Positions 13,197 to 27,024 of a stretch of 64,000 nt of DNA are shown here, in pieces. Source of the DNA: Paramecium tetraurelia (lineage: Eukaryota); NCBI GenBank assembly GCA_000165425.1, contig CT868043.1:62001-126000 (forward strand), given 5' to 3'. The notes under the pieces were generated by a model. That model did not search any database. It was not told where the DNA came from and was given only the letters and a program-made list of their open reading frames with translations. Both the position numbers and the translations under genes were made by a program. Within the stretch, counting starts at the first letter, position 1; every line of letters starts with the position of its first letter.

Positions 13197-14050
13197 ATGG
13201 GAAACAGTATGATTATAAAATAATTCAGATTTATGCGGATTGGAGGAGGAGAAGAAACATGTTTTACATCCGGAATCCAAAATCATCACAACCAGAACAA
13301 TCGGTAAAAGCACAATCTCAATAATCCAGGCTGACGTAGCTGAAGAATTGACAGATGTCATTGGTACCAATTGCAATTGATATTAGTGAATGCATCTCAT
13401 GAGCCGGCGTGGTCATATCTATCAAAAAGGTATTATTTTTAACTATTCCATTATGCAGAGATAAGAACAACAAAGCCAATGAGCTCACCCAGCAAAGTAT
13501 GTTATATTCAAATTCAACAATAGTGAAAATAGGGGAAATGATTAAAACTAAAAGCGAAAATGTTAACTCTCTAGAACTATATCACGTGCGTTTACCATAT
13601 TATTAAGTAAGACTCGATATTATTCCTCAAGGATACAAGGGATTTATTATTAATATTTTAGAGCTATCAAGCATGTTTGAGACAAAAGGGATTCAACTCC
13701 ATATCCTTTACTGAGTAGAACTCCCCCAACTTTGCAATTCCCAAGCAATTTCACGCCGAAGTTCTCATCAGAGCAATCTTATAGTTATTGAAATGATTTA
13801 TCCCTTAGATCGATAACAGATGACGAAATTGTTTTTGAACAGATAAAATTTGTTAGTTTAGATTAAATTACTCTGAAGTACTTCTCATATGAGTTGATGA
13901 AATTATTAGATGAGTTCAGAATACCTGAATTGTATAAATGTAGACAATAATAATTTCTCGATTACTTATGTAAGATCATTTTTTATACTGAGAAAATACT
14001 GAAGAATTAAAGCCGGAAGTATACTTATTCAGTACTGGCATCACTACTGA
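13197..14050 (+). CDS. Degenerate macrodomain protein with N-terminal MGNNLCG acylation-like motif
   Basis: ISIIQADVAEELTDVIVNASHE and SISFTEQNSPNFAIPKQFHAEVLIRAI match macrodomain spacing; five tiny introns. Confidence 0.6.
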
Positions 14051-14258
14051 AATAGAATAGCCTGATGGACAATAATGAGTTTATTTTCATCATAGTTATT
14101 TTACCTATCAATTTTTTTAGGATATATATATTATTATAATCCGCTTTTTTCTATATAAGTCGTTAATTAACTATTATCTTTAAATCTGTCACAGGATTAA
14201 ATATCATTGAGAATAACAGCTAAGAATTGCATAATTTTTATATATGAAACTTGAATTA

Positions 14259-16122
14259 TCAATAAAATGCATAAATAATCACACTCACTATCAATGTCCA
14301 CAATGGTAATTACGTTGGTTTCTCTTTCGATTTATTGGCAGCAGATTCAAATTCATACTTCTACTTTATGCTTTGCAATTAACTATCCTACAATGAAATT
14401 GAAGGCAAGTAAACTGATTTCCAAATTCTTTTCCAAAAGTTTCCAGTTTGTATCATCTCAGTGACATTCGTAAAGTAATATAGATACTTATTAATTCTAA
14501 TGTACTTGGGTGGTTTCTTTTAAAATGGATTGCTAGAAACAAAGTCCTCAATATTTTAACCATCCAACATCTTATAAACAAGGTGAATCTAATTTATAAA
14601 CATTACAATTTACTAAATATAAATCTGAAGGATTTTCTTATAAGGATGCAAACCATAATTACCAATCCAATCTAGGTTGATGAGGTACAACAAATGGTGA
14701 TATTTCATTAAGCTTTCCAGGTTTATAATGGAAATGATATTCTAACCATTTGTTGCCATCATCGCTGCCTTCAAAAATAAGTTCAGGTCTGCCATTTACA
14801 CCAGTCATTTTTCTGAATAAGCCATAACTATTAAAGAGATGAAAGGGATATGTGTAACCTTGAATATATTACAAATATTGCTATGGTATGATGGGACTAT
14901 TAATTTGTCTGAGACCTATTCCTTATTGGAATGTCAGATTGGACATGCTAAACATAGTGATAAACACAACAATTTTAATCAATGTTTGTGTGATGGCAGC
15001 CATAGTGCTTTGAGCAGTAGCATTCTGAAGATTGAAATATGTAATATAGAAAAAGAAGAATGTCAACACATATAGTAAAAAATAAGTTAAAGTATCTTCT
15101 GTGAGAAAGTACTTTCCAATATCTTAAACAGTGAACGGGAGTTTCTTGCCCTGCATTATAGTTTCGTAAGGGAAGAAGTTGTAGATTAGTACTCCAGTCA
15201 TATAGAAGCAAATGACAATTTCAGAGTATTTGTAAATTCTTTTGTTCTCTTTTTAATCAAATTCTTCAATTGTTTTAGGCATATTAATAAATTACTTTAT
15301 TTGACTGGGGAAGTACTTATAAATGAAGTGATCATCCAACACTACCATTGCAAGGACAATGGATAACAGATTAAAAAAGTTATAATTTCCTGTTAGGATG
15401 ATGCCGATTTGCATTAAGAATTGCAAAATGAATCCAAATATTCTCATAAATCTTCTGGGGAAGTAGAAGTAAATAGCTCCAAAAATAAGTACATAGAAAT
15501 TGGAAGCCACCATCAGTTTTTTGAGTTCCCCTGGTAATTGATGTGCCCACCAGGATAGAAAGTGAGGTATGCATTACGATGCAAAATGATGATGCAATGC
15601 AGTCAGATTCCACCATGTATCGCATTGACTTAAGAGTTTGACCAATCCACTGGAAAAGTAGAGTCTAAATGCAAGCCAACGAAGCAATTCTCTTCCTACA
15701 ATGGGTGTAATGCAAAAGATTATACAAATGAAGCCAGTCTCCAAAAGCATTATGTCCCATTGGAATTGGCTGAAGTCCTAACCTACTGTATAAAGGGAAA
15801 GGTACAACACCCACAATATAAAGAAGGTGTACCATTTAATGAATTTGGAGGATGCAAATGCTAATAAGCCAATGAGGGTGCCCACAATTGTAATCATGGT
15901 AAGAAAGGATGCTTTTTTATATAGTTGGAGGAGAGTGGGCATTTTGGTGACATCGTACCATTCCATTTTGGATATAGGCATCAATCCATTGTTAGCATAG
16001 AGTGCTGGTATTTGGTAGTACCAACTGGAGAAGGCAAATGCATAGATTAGACCAATCAATCTCAATATCAGTTGTTGCAGGTATTGGATTTTCTCTCCTT
16101 GACAATTTTTGGAGGTAAGCAT
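14259..16122 (-). CDS. LMF: Lipase maturation factor family membrane protein
   Basis: [74 protein letters not shown]. Confidence 0.92.
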
Positions 16123-16143
16123 TAATAATAAATAAATTAATAA

Positions 16144-16541
16144 ATGAGATTAAATACTTTACCGGATGTTCTATTTCCAAATCCCATTCAGCATCCGAAT
16201 TACAAGATCTCCTTTCTAGGGAAGGTCAAAGAAGAAATCTTTAATGTATATGCATGATTTGAATGTAGAATCAATTCTAAATTGAACCCATGAGAATGAG
16301 CAGATAAAATATGACAATACGTTCACTAAAGAGAGGATCAATTAGAGTTGTTAGTGCATCGAATGTCACATCTCAAAACAACACGCAAACTAATTTTAGA
16401 TCTGGATCTTCAAAGTTCAAGATAATCAAGGAGCATTCTCAGATAGAAGAAATGGATGAAACATTTTCTCGAACAAGGACACCTTCTCAACTAGTAAGAC
16501 GATTAAAAAGAGGACTATCAATGTTTGAAAAATAGCTGTGA
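16144..16541 (+). CDS. Small hypothetical protein
   Basis: ATG..TGA open in table 6 after removing a 23-nt GT-AG intron near 16246-16268. Confidence 0.6.
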
Positions 16542-16544
16542 TTA

Positions 16545-17076
16545 GAGATTTTTTAAACGCATCTTTTATCAGTTCACAAAAAATTGCACAAGATTTGCCC
16601 GATTGCTTAAACCACTTGTACTCTTCATCATCTTTAAAGTATGTCCATAGTGGTTTATAAATATCTGTTCGATCTTTCTTAAATCTTCATTATCTCTGAC
16701 GGGATATGTGTTGTTATGTATTTATTGCATTTTCTATTATATTACATTATTACTAATTTGGTAAGAATGAGTTTATTTTGCATGTTGATAATCTTTTTGA
16801 ATATCTACGTCTTAAGATATTTTGTTTGCATTCTACAATGTCGTTTACTACTGTAATTTTAATTAGAATATTGTAACTAATATAGAATACTCCTTAAGCT
16901 TCCTTTTATATCTAATCGATCAAAATTAAGATTTTAATTTTTCTTTAATTTTAAAGTTTAACCAAGTAGAATTAATATAAACAATCGACTACTTTTGTAC
17001 TATTTTTCGATATTCTATATATCTAATTGATCCTATTATTGTATTCAATTATAAAGATCAAATAGGAATACTTCAT
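16545..17076 (-). CDS. Hypothetical protein (boundaries uncertain)
   Basis: Coding-like frame KDRTDIYKPLWTYFKDDEEYKWFKQSG; start and stop not resolved. Confidence 0.3.
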
Positions 17077-17677
17077 AACATCTTCTGATTTTAGGGATAT
17101 TTCAAAACATAAAACATTTCATTATTTTTAATGAATCTTGATGGCCAATAAAGAGAATAGTCATGATTATGTTAAACAATTGATTGATTTGAAAGTCTTT
17201 CAAGGGATAAGAAAATAAAGTAGAAATCCATCAAGTGGTATTGAATCAATTATAAAACCTGAAAGACAGTCAACTTATATTAGTCTTATCAGAATTAAAC
17301 AAATAAAAATCTGAAACTATTTTCAAAAGATTTAATATGAATCAAGTTTGATCTTTGATAAAAGAGATAATTATTATAATATTTAATGTAATAATAATGA
17401 AATAAATAGATGATTACAATTATTTCATTTTGAATTATTTTCTATCTAAATTTATTAATAAAATGAGGATTGATTGTGAAGATTACCATAAAATTTGACC
17501 TTCACTTCTCTTCATCTAAGGAAATAGATAAAATCAAAAAAAAATCGAATAAAAATTGAAGTATTTAATAAACTGAAACTATTTGACTTATTTTTTACAT
17601 TACTATGGTCTTACTTAAAAAGCTTAAGAGATAATACTAAAATTTAATAACATTATTTATATTTAATTCTTGGTTCA

Positions 17678-18785
17678 ATGCAAGATCAATAGAGCATGCT
17701 TTCAATATACAGTAACCCTTGGAATAGGTCGAATATAACAAAGGAAAGAGGTTACTTCTTGGCAAAGTCTATTGATAAGCATCCAGAATTTAAAACAGAA
17801 ATTTTGGATTCTGCAGGTTAATAATAAACTAGGAACATCTTTAAAGATCCTATAAGTGTGTAATTATGCAAATACGACTCTACGATTGGTCCAAAGTTAG
17901 AGAATAACAAAATTGTTGTGCGATCAATAGTTGGTAAACCAGACATTTTCAAAAGGAAATTGAGTCAATTGACTGGATAGGATCCAAAATCAAGTAGTAG
18001 AAGAACAATTGCTAAGGGAAACACCACAAACACTTTTAGGAATAACAACACAATAAAAACATAACAAGTATTTACAGGAGAGGAGTTATTGGCTAAAGTT
18101 AATTTGATTGAGAAGAATTTGTTTGAGTCCAGATTGAAAGAGGATCAGGAATTAATGAAGATGCCATTCCAAAAGAAATAGATTTTGTTGAAAGAAACCA
18201 GGGCATTGGAAGAGTATTTAAAATTAGAGAAGGATTAAAACAATGTATTGATGGGGGTGTCTAAATAAGTGAATAAAGATCCAAGCAAATCATTGATGAT
18301 AGATTGCTATAGATTTCGTAGAAAACAAGAATATTGTAATACCAATGACTCTTTGAATAGAAATAACGAAGACAAGACTTTGAAAATATTGTAATTAACG
18401 TTTTTTAATTAGGGAAATAGATGACGATAGTGGTTATCCCTTATTCATGATGTCATAAAATGATTAAGTGATACGGAAACCAAGTATCATTAATCAGGAT
18501 GAGACTACTCAATCCATATTGAAATAATTGAATGATGAACCAGTTTATCGAAGCTTCTCTAGCAAGGATTACTTGAAATCCCAATCGAATAGATATGCTA
18601 AGATAGCTGCTGATAAAATCAACATAAACATAGACAATTTGCTTGTTTAAGGATATAGTAAACTGGATTAGGAAATAAAGTTTGACACTAACGGGAAATA
18701 CTTGCTTAAGACAATCGAAAAGGGCAATGGAGAGGAGACGATTACTGAGAACTATTCAGGATAATATAAAATAAATTATAAATGA
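17678..18785 (+). CDS. Hypothetical protein
   Basis: Long table-6 frame (SIVGKPDIF..SLMIDCYRFRRKQE); needs introns near 17820 and 18390. Confidence 0.6.
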
Positions 18786-18915
18786 TAATAATTAAAGTTT
18801 GCATTAATTGTTAAACACTATTTATAGAGATGGATAAATATAGATTTATCAATATGTTGTTTATATATATAATCAATAAAACCAAGCACCTTTTTTTATA
18901 ATCTCCTCTGTCCTC

Positions 18916-19743
18916 TCAATCGATTTTCATTCGTTCCCATACCTCTAAATGAAATGTGTTCTTGCATCCACCAATTATGAATTAATGATCCAATACTTAA
19001 TCAATGGTCATTCTTTTTGCTGGATCTGGCTCCAACATACCTTGGATGAGGGAGCGGAACTCATCATCATATTTTTTTTATTTGTCGACTGCCTACCAAT
19101 ATTTAGCCCATTGTCCGTTAGAAATTAATCTCCAATAAGGACAAGCCTTAGTGGTTTATCTGAAGGGAGGATGGGCAAAGGCGGTTAGGAAGAGACACAC
19201 TCCCAAGGAGAACACTTCTGTGATAGGTAAGGCCTCAGTATTGATTTGGCCTTGACCTTACAACTCTGGGGCCAAATATCCCTAAGTACCAGCTGATCTG
19301 GTAACATATCCTCCCTTGATTGCTTCAGCAAATCCAAAGTCACAAATTTTGATATCCAACTTCTTGTCCAATAGAATGTTTTCTATTTTGATGTCTCTGT
19401 GAACAAAACCCAATTTATGAATATATTGGATTGCCGCTGTTAATTATAAAATAATGTATTTAATAGAAGCTATTGAGAATGGTTTCTATCCTTTGGCTAA
19501 AATGTCAAAGAGATCCATTTTCTCGAGAAGCTCTGTTATCATGAATCTTTCCTCATGATTTCCATCTACTAAATGAACAACGTTATGATGGTCTATTTAA
19601 GAAAGAATGTTAATCTCTTTTTTAATTTATTGTGTCGAGATGTTATCCTTGAATAGTTTGATAGCGTATTCTTCACCCTTGATCTATACTTTTCTGACTT
19701 CGCAAGTCAATCCAGAACCCAAGATTTCTTTTGAGATATTCAT
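18916..19743 (-). CDS. Ser/Thr protein kinase, 275 aa, intronless
   Basis: [32 protein letters not shown]. Confidence 0.95.
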
Positions 19744-19911
19744 CACTTAAAATTTTAGTATAAGTTAACTAGTTTAAATATTTTTAAATTAAATCCAATT
19801 CACTTTCGTCGGGAATTATTAAATTCTTTTATAAAACTTATCAGAAATTATATTTAATCAGAATAGTAATATAGAATTCATTAATCAATGCACTAAAACT
19901 AGCAAAAAAGG

Positions 19912-20763
19912 TCAGTTTTCAAAACTAAAATTCCCTTTTTCTCTCTCGATCTCTTTCAACTTAAGATGGACTTTTTGCATCTCATTCACATACTCAATTT
20001 CATTTACAGGCTCAATCCTATTCAGAATCTCATCCAAAGTGAATCGATTTTTTGGATTATTTTAAATCATGCCTTGAATTAATTCTAAACAATGAGGGGG
20101 AATCTATTAGGTCCTCCTCCTCTAAAAATGAAGCCAGAATTCCTCCCATCTGTTTTCAATTATTAATCTATAATAAACACTCGATTTATTCGCCTATTTG
20201 AAAGGGGGATGTCCAAACAGTAAAATGAAATATAAGACACCCAAAGAATGGATATCACATTCTTACAGATTTAAGGCACTGATCTCCCCATAGTGATTAA
20301 TTTCTGGTGCCAAATAATCAAATGTGCCCACTTAATTTTTAACTTTCCCTTCATCCAAACTCACACTTACATCAAAATCACAAAGTTTGATTTTGTAATT
20401 CTATTCATCCACTAACACATTATCCAATTTTACATCCCTATGTGCAATTCTTTTTTGATGCATGTATTTTAACCCTCCAACCAACTATTTTAAAATGCAG
20501 TTTGAAGCATTTACTGACATTGATCCTGCATTTTTTATAAAATCAAATAAACAAAATGGACTCATTAATTCTGTAATTATGTAGTCTTTATTTCCCGAAA
20601 TGAAGTTCACAATGTTTGGATGCTTCAGCTATTAATGAATTAGATATTCATTTGATCCTTGTCTACTGTTAAATTGTTTGATTGCATATAAATTATCTTC
20701 AATTTTCACCTTCTTTACGTAACCAACTGCTCCTTCTCCTAAAGAGATCTCAATAATTTACAT
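19912..20763 (-). CDS. Ser/Thr protein kinase, tandem paralog of 18916-19743
   Basis: GEGAVGYV, YAIK, HRDVKLDN, DFD (for DFG), GTFDYLAPE. Confidence 0.92.
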
Positions 20764-20924
20764 TTCAAATATTAATTAATGTTTCCTAACCTTATTATGT
20801 TAATTTCTATTTATTTATATTCTTCTAATTTCATTTTCTATTAAAATCTATTTTAATTAATTATTACAAAAATTAAGCATTATTCATTCCATAAAAATAT
20901 AGATTAAAAATCAAATCATTAATA

Positions 20925-22101
20925 TCATTAATTTTCAACTACTTATTCAGCATATATCTATACTTCATTCAAAATCTATTGCCCTTCAGATTTTTGTGGT
21001 GTTTCATTTTTCTAAAAGATTATCGAATTATTCTCCTATTGTGTTCTAATTATCTTTGAATTCATTATTTCTCTCTAAGATATTTATATTTTGTATTACC
21101 TATGTCGTTCCATTTGTTTCAAAATTATCTCCATCTATTTAATTGAATTTATTTTCCTCATCCTGAGGTAAATTCTAATTTAAAGGATGCCTCGATTACA
21201 TATCTGTTTCGCGTTATTCAGCATTATGAGACCTGATAATGCTTCGGCCTTCTAGAAAAATGGATTTTTTAGCTTAAAAATTTTAATTTTGAGGGGTTGA
21301 GCATTAATGACATATGATTTTCTTATGTATTTGACTTTTGAATTAATTAAAAAACCAAAATTTGCAGTGTTGGTTATCAATACACCTTCCAATTTTGCTT
21401 TTGTAATGTTACTAGAGGTAAAATAATTGATTTTCTAGTAATGTTTCTTTATAAGTTCTGAACTTTTCAAGGCCCAAAATTTATAAAATTTACACTTGTA
21501 ATTTTTAATTACAAAGGCACTATAAAGTAGGAGATGATAGTTGTAAATTGTTGTAAATAAATTAATCAAAACAGTCAGGGTGATAAAAATGTTAACAGGG
21601 AGTGGATATTATATCTTATTTAATATCCTGATGACAATAGAAACAATTCATGTTTTGATAAATAATTTATGAGAACATTTGGCTTGATTGTTAAATTGAA
21701 ATTATGCTGTAAGGAACTTTACCTTCATTATTATCACTTAAATCATACTAAGTGCTCATCTCTGATTTCAAAATTTTGGTCTATGTATTTTCTAATTATG
21801 ATTAGTTATTTTCAATTGATGACTACTCTCTTATTTATTATAATTCTTGGTAGTCAGCAATTAGCGTATCTATATCAAAAATCACTACTTTCAAAGGTTA
21901 ATTATCTTTGATATATTTATCAAAACTATCACTAGAGTCACAAGTTATGCCATCAATTTTAACAGCTATATCCTTCTCAGCCAGCCTATATTGTTCACAT
22001 AAAAATTTTTTAATCTTCTCTATTCTACTAACTACATATTAATTGTTCGGTTCATTTTTATAATCAACCTTGATAATTATTTTGTCTTATTAAGCATTCA
22101 T
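20925..22101 (-). CDS. RING-H2 finger protein
   Basis: CFYC..TPCQHFYHPDCF..CLC; open in table 6, one intron inferred from length. Confidence 0.65.
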
Positions 22102-22123
22102 TTAATTATTTCTATTAATTATA

Positions 22124-22450
22124 ATGGCTTTTTCGTACTTTATGAATGAAAGATTATTAATGATCTTTATTTGCTTTATAACAACAACACTATAAAAAGG
22201 AAAATGTAGAAGGCAGCATGAATTCAAAAAATAATTGAAGCAAAAAGAAATTTTAAAATTATAACTATATATTAATTTAAATTATAGTTTTAAATAGAAG
22301 GATGACAAGAATAATTTCAAGAGATTAAGGAGATTTGGAACCACATGCGAAGATGTTTTAGATACTAGCTAAGTAGATTAGTTAGCAATCTGGGTAGATA
22401 TTAGAATGCGAAGTTTGTTGAGATGTTGTATTCAACTTAAATATCATTGA
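22124..22450 (+). CDS. Possible small hypothetical protein
   Basis: 109-codon table-6 ORF only. Confidence 0.3.
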
Positions 22451-22488
22451 ATGAGTGGACAAGAGTTTATAATTAATATAAAATATTT

Positions 22489-24504
22489 ATGAATTAATAA
22501 TCGTTGTTAGTGGAGAAGAATCTAATCTATCGTTTGTTTGAAAAGGACAACATTATAGGCAAGGGCAAGGATTTGATTCACGGAATAAGTTCAAGCATTT
22601 ACAAATTGAAAAAAAATAATCATGTAACTTCAGATTTTAATGGAGAATGGGGATGGCATGCTCTTCAAATATATGAAAACCTCAATCTGGAGGTGTTTGA
22701 GACCAAAGTAATTCAATTATAGAAAGCGATGACAACTCATTTGAATCCATATTCAACAAGAATAATTTTAATTGGAAAAGAACAAGTGCATTAATAGTAA
22801 TTTAATTTGCATGTTGTATATGAATTTGGATCAGTTAATGATGACTTCAAAAGCATGAGGGATTAGAAAGAAGGTCTGGATGACGAGGAAGCAACAAATT
22901 TCTTGAGTTTCTTGTGTCATAATTATATGTTGGGTTCTCAATTTACAAATGAATTTTTAGATATTAGTCCTCAAAACATATTCTTTACCGACTAATCCTA
23001 CATTGTATCTAATTTTGGAATAACCTATGCTGGAACCAAATTTCATAGATCCTATTTACCCATCACAGATCCCATTTTAAAGGAGAAAAAGCCTTCTAAA
23101 ATTAATATTTTGTATTCATATGCCTTTAGAGCAGGATTGCTTGTTTTGACTCAAATGACATAAATAGATCCTAAGGATTTATTTTTTGAAGATGGCTAAT
23201 TTAAAGAACAACTTTTAGATAATATTTTATACCTAATCTAAGATGGAGATGAGAAGGAAAAAAGAAAGGATAAGAAGTTCATCACCCAAATTCCTTAGTT
23301 CTTCGATACTCTAACTCATTCAAGAGAGCAGGATTATAATGAATAAAAGGCTAAAAATCAAGGAAAGCAATTTAAGTATGTCAAATCCTAAAGGTTTCTA
23401 CAACACAAATATCGTAAAGAGTTCTTGGACATTCTTAAGAAATTGCTTAACGTGAATAATATCTAAAGTCGATCAATTTTCTAACTTTTGATTGCTCAAC
23501 CAGAAAATATACTCTAAGTGCAAGCCCCTTATGATGAAAGATCGGAGGACAAATACAATTACTCGAATGGGACAATTGAGAATAACAAATTGAATGGATG
23601 TGGAATCATATCAATAGATAAAGGAGATGAGAAGGGCAAATAGAAAAATGTTGAACTCATCCAAATGTGCGGAAGGTTTGAGAATGGAGAGGTTAGTGAT
23701 GCTTTTAATATCATCACCATTCATAACATCAAATATGAATGCAAAATGTTCCATTTGCAATGTGACTTAGAGTTTAGGTATGTCTATAATGAACTGTTGT
23801 ATTTGAATGAGGAGATTGTATCTCCCATAAATCCGATAGGAAAACTCAAGAAGGAAACCATATACTACTTCAAGGGTTAGATTGAAGAAGGGCAATTTAA
23901 ATAAGGAATCTCATATCAATTGGACAATACGATATTTGAGGGAGAGTTTAAGAACAATCAACCGTATGAAGGGACTTTGACTTATCCCAACTAGGAGGTC
24001 TTTGAAGGGACTATGGACGGTTTCAATAAAAAAAAAGGTAGATTAGTTGTAAAGGGAAGAACATATGATGGCCAATTTATGAATGATTAATTTTTCAAAG
24101 GACATATAGAATACGAAGATGGGGGAGTATTTTATGGTAATTTTAAAAATGGATAAAAAGGTATTCTTAAATCTTGATTATTAGTCAAGGCCGGAGTTTA
24201 TCAATATCCGAACTCGTAAATTTAATATTAAGGTTTATATGCTGACGATCTCAGACATGGCAAAGGGTAATTCATTGACAGATCAAAGGAAAATTGTGTT
24301 CAAGAGGTTGTTTACAATTATGGATTGTGCGAAACTAAACTCATTGAGCATTTTGAAAAAGCCTTGAAAGAAATTTAAGAAAAATAGAAACAACAAAAGA
24401 GTCTCAAAAAACAAGGTTAACAAGAAGAAGATAATGATGAAGAAATAGAAGAAGATATCGAAGAGAATCCAGGCGATGACAATGAAGACGGAGATGAAGG
24501 CTGA
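22489..24504 (+). CDS. Pseudokinase + MORN-repeat protein, copy 1, acidic tail
   Basis: IIGKG, EFLDISPQNIF, SNFG; MORN-like FEGEFKNNQPYEGTLTY, YQGLYADDLRHGKG; DE-rich C-terminus. Confidence 0.75.
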
Positions 24505-24528
24505 TTTTAATATATATCTATTATATTA

Positions 24529-26484
24529 ATGTTGCAATAATACAATTCATTAGTAGTGGATGCCAGTTTCATTAATAAGAACTTTGTCTAGGTCAGTGTA
24601 ATTGGAAAAGGCCTTGATTTCTATCTAGGAATCAGCTCAATCAGTTACTTGATGCACCATAAAAAAGAACAAGGCAGATACATCTTACAAACCTATGAAA
24701 ATTTAGGACATGATCTTTTCAGAACCAAAGTTGGGCAACTACAGAAAGCTATGTTAGAATGTGTTAATGATGTCAACACAAGAATTATCCTATTAGCTGA
24801 GAAATAGTTGAATGATAAATAGTCTGATTTGCTAGTCCTTTACCAATTGAATGAACTCAATAAGAGATTAGATCAACAGGAATAACTAAACCCGCAATAA
24901 GCAGAACAGCTCTTGATTACTTTCTGCTAAAATCTTCTCATCACAGGTTTCTTATTAATTGATTCTTAGGTCGTGTAACTTATGAATTTTTAGACCTGGC
25001 TCCTTAGAATATCTACGTCGAAGAGAATCGTTTCGTTATATCAAACATGGGAATCTCCTATAAAGGGTCTAAATTTCATAGACCTTATACTCCAATCACA
25101 GATAACTTCTATAAAGAGAAAACTCTAAAACATATGATGCACACATATTCCTTTTAAGCTGGTTTAGTTGTCTTGTGTGCTATTACTAAAATAAACTCGG
25201 CAGAATTCTTTTTCGAAGATGGTTAATTGAAATCTAACTTATTATAAGATGTTTTGAAATTGTTTAAGGAAAATTAGCCAGATTTAGAGAAATAGAAGAT
25301 AAAGTTGAAGAAGTAGTTTGCATCTTTGGCTAAAGTAGAAAAGCCATTTGACGCTAATATTTCAAAGATCATCCCCTTTCTATCTCTCATACTCTCTTTA
25401 GATCAATAAAAAAGATCTATATTTTCATTACTAATATGTCATCCAGAGAATCCACTTAAAGTAGAGAATCCATTTTTCTAATAAGCATTAGATGTTGAAT
25501 AACAATATGTGGGATTTGGAAAATTGGATGGTGTTAAAATAGTACCTCATGGATATGGACATGGAAAGTTTGGTAAAGAGTATCATTACGGAATGTTCTC
25601 AAATGGAGTCTTAACTGATGATGGTACGATTGAGATTAGAGTGCAGAACAGCATTATTTATATACTAAAAAATCTGATAATCTCTTAAAAATATCAGAAT
25701 GCAGTTGCAGAGCTTAATAAGCATATATTTTGGGGGGAATTTGATAACAAATCATATAAACCTAATGGGTAATGTTTATTGCTTTATGAAATTAATACTT
25801 AAAAGCATCTGAATAAAAAAAGATAGTCAAGTTATTTTGAAGGAATATTAAAATAGGGAATTAAATAGGATGGTCAGGAATTTTTAAAAAATAAAACAGA
25901 ATTTGATGGAACCTACTTAAATAATTAGCCTGCAGAAGGTAAAATAGTTTATGGACCAAAACATGTTTTTGATGGAATCATCTAAAATTACTAAAGAGTT
26001 AAAGGTATCTTGGTATACAAGAATCAAGTTTTTACTGGTGAGTTTGAAAAAGATCGAGTAAAGGAAGGAGTTATCAATTATTCTGATGGCAGTGAATATG
26101 AGGGTCAACTAAAGGATGGATTGAAATGTATTAAATAGTAGTATAATAGGTTCTTAGGAAGGTAAATTTAGATTTTGGAATCATAAAATAGAGTATTCTG
26201 GAGGATTCTTGGATGATGAATTCCATGGTAAAGGGATGTTGACTATCTTGTAGAATAATGAATAATTGGAAGTGGAGTATAATAAGGGGAAATGTTTAAC
26301 TGAGATTCCTGAGGCGTTTAAGTAGTTAATGTAGAAGAAATAAATGTAAGAGGTCAAAAAATAGAGTGATGGTAAGAAAAAGGATCAACAGTAGAAGGAA
26401 GATGAGGATGATGGAGGAATAGAGGAGGATATTTAAGATGATGTCCAACAGGATGATAATGATTTTAATGAGGAGGAGGGTTGA
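24529..26484 (+). CDS. Pseudokinase + MORN-repeat protein, copy 2, acidic tail
   Basis: VIGKG, EFLDLAPQNIY, SNMG; YEGQLKDGLK, YSGGFLDDEFHGKG; same architecture as upstream neighbour. Confidence 0.75.
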
Positions 26485-26505
26485 AAATTTATAATAAAAA
26501 ATTTA

Positions 26506-26969
26506 ATGATAAATAAGTAAACAGAATAAATATTCTCATAACTGTAAGGAGCCTTTGCGTGGGTTGAGAAGATGAGAAAGAAGAAGCCAATGACTTCGGA
26601 TATGCAAATTAAGGAATTGTTATACTTTTTAAATATTGATGCTACGAATGAAGAGATTGAAGCTTTGAATGAATTGGCTAATCCTGAAGGAGAACAAGAC
26701 ATTTAATACGAGAAATTATACAAAGTGTTTATGAATGATTAGCAATAAGAGTAAAGAGAGGTGTTGGAGGCCTTTAGGTTGCTATCAGGTTCAAATAGGA
26801 TTGAAGTAGATAAATTAGAGAATTGGCTCTACATTTATGACAAGAAGTACCGAAATAATGTAATTTCAATTTAATAACTAAGACCAAACAATTCATAGCT
26901 TAATTGAAGCAGTCCCCAAGTTATAAGCAAGGATATTTGGACTTTGAGAAATATGTGAAAGAAGGTTGA
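26506..26969 (+). CDS. Divergent calmodulin/myosin-light-chain-like EF-hand protein
   Basis: LQGAF..ATNEEIEAL..IQYEKL..EVLEAFRLL..GYLDFEKYVK, CaM-like size with degenerate Ca loops; one 23-nt intron. Confidence 0.65.
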
Positions 26970-27024
26970 TAGTTATAAATAAATTAAATGTAAAAAACAA
27001 ATATAAAATCTGTTACTGCTCGAA

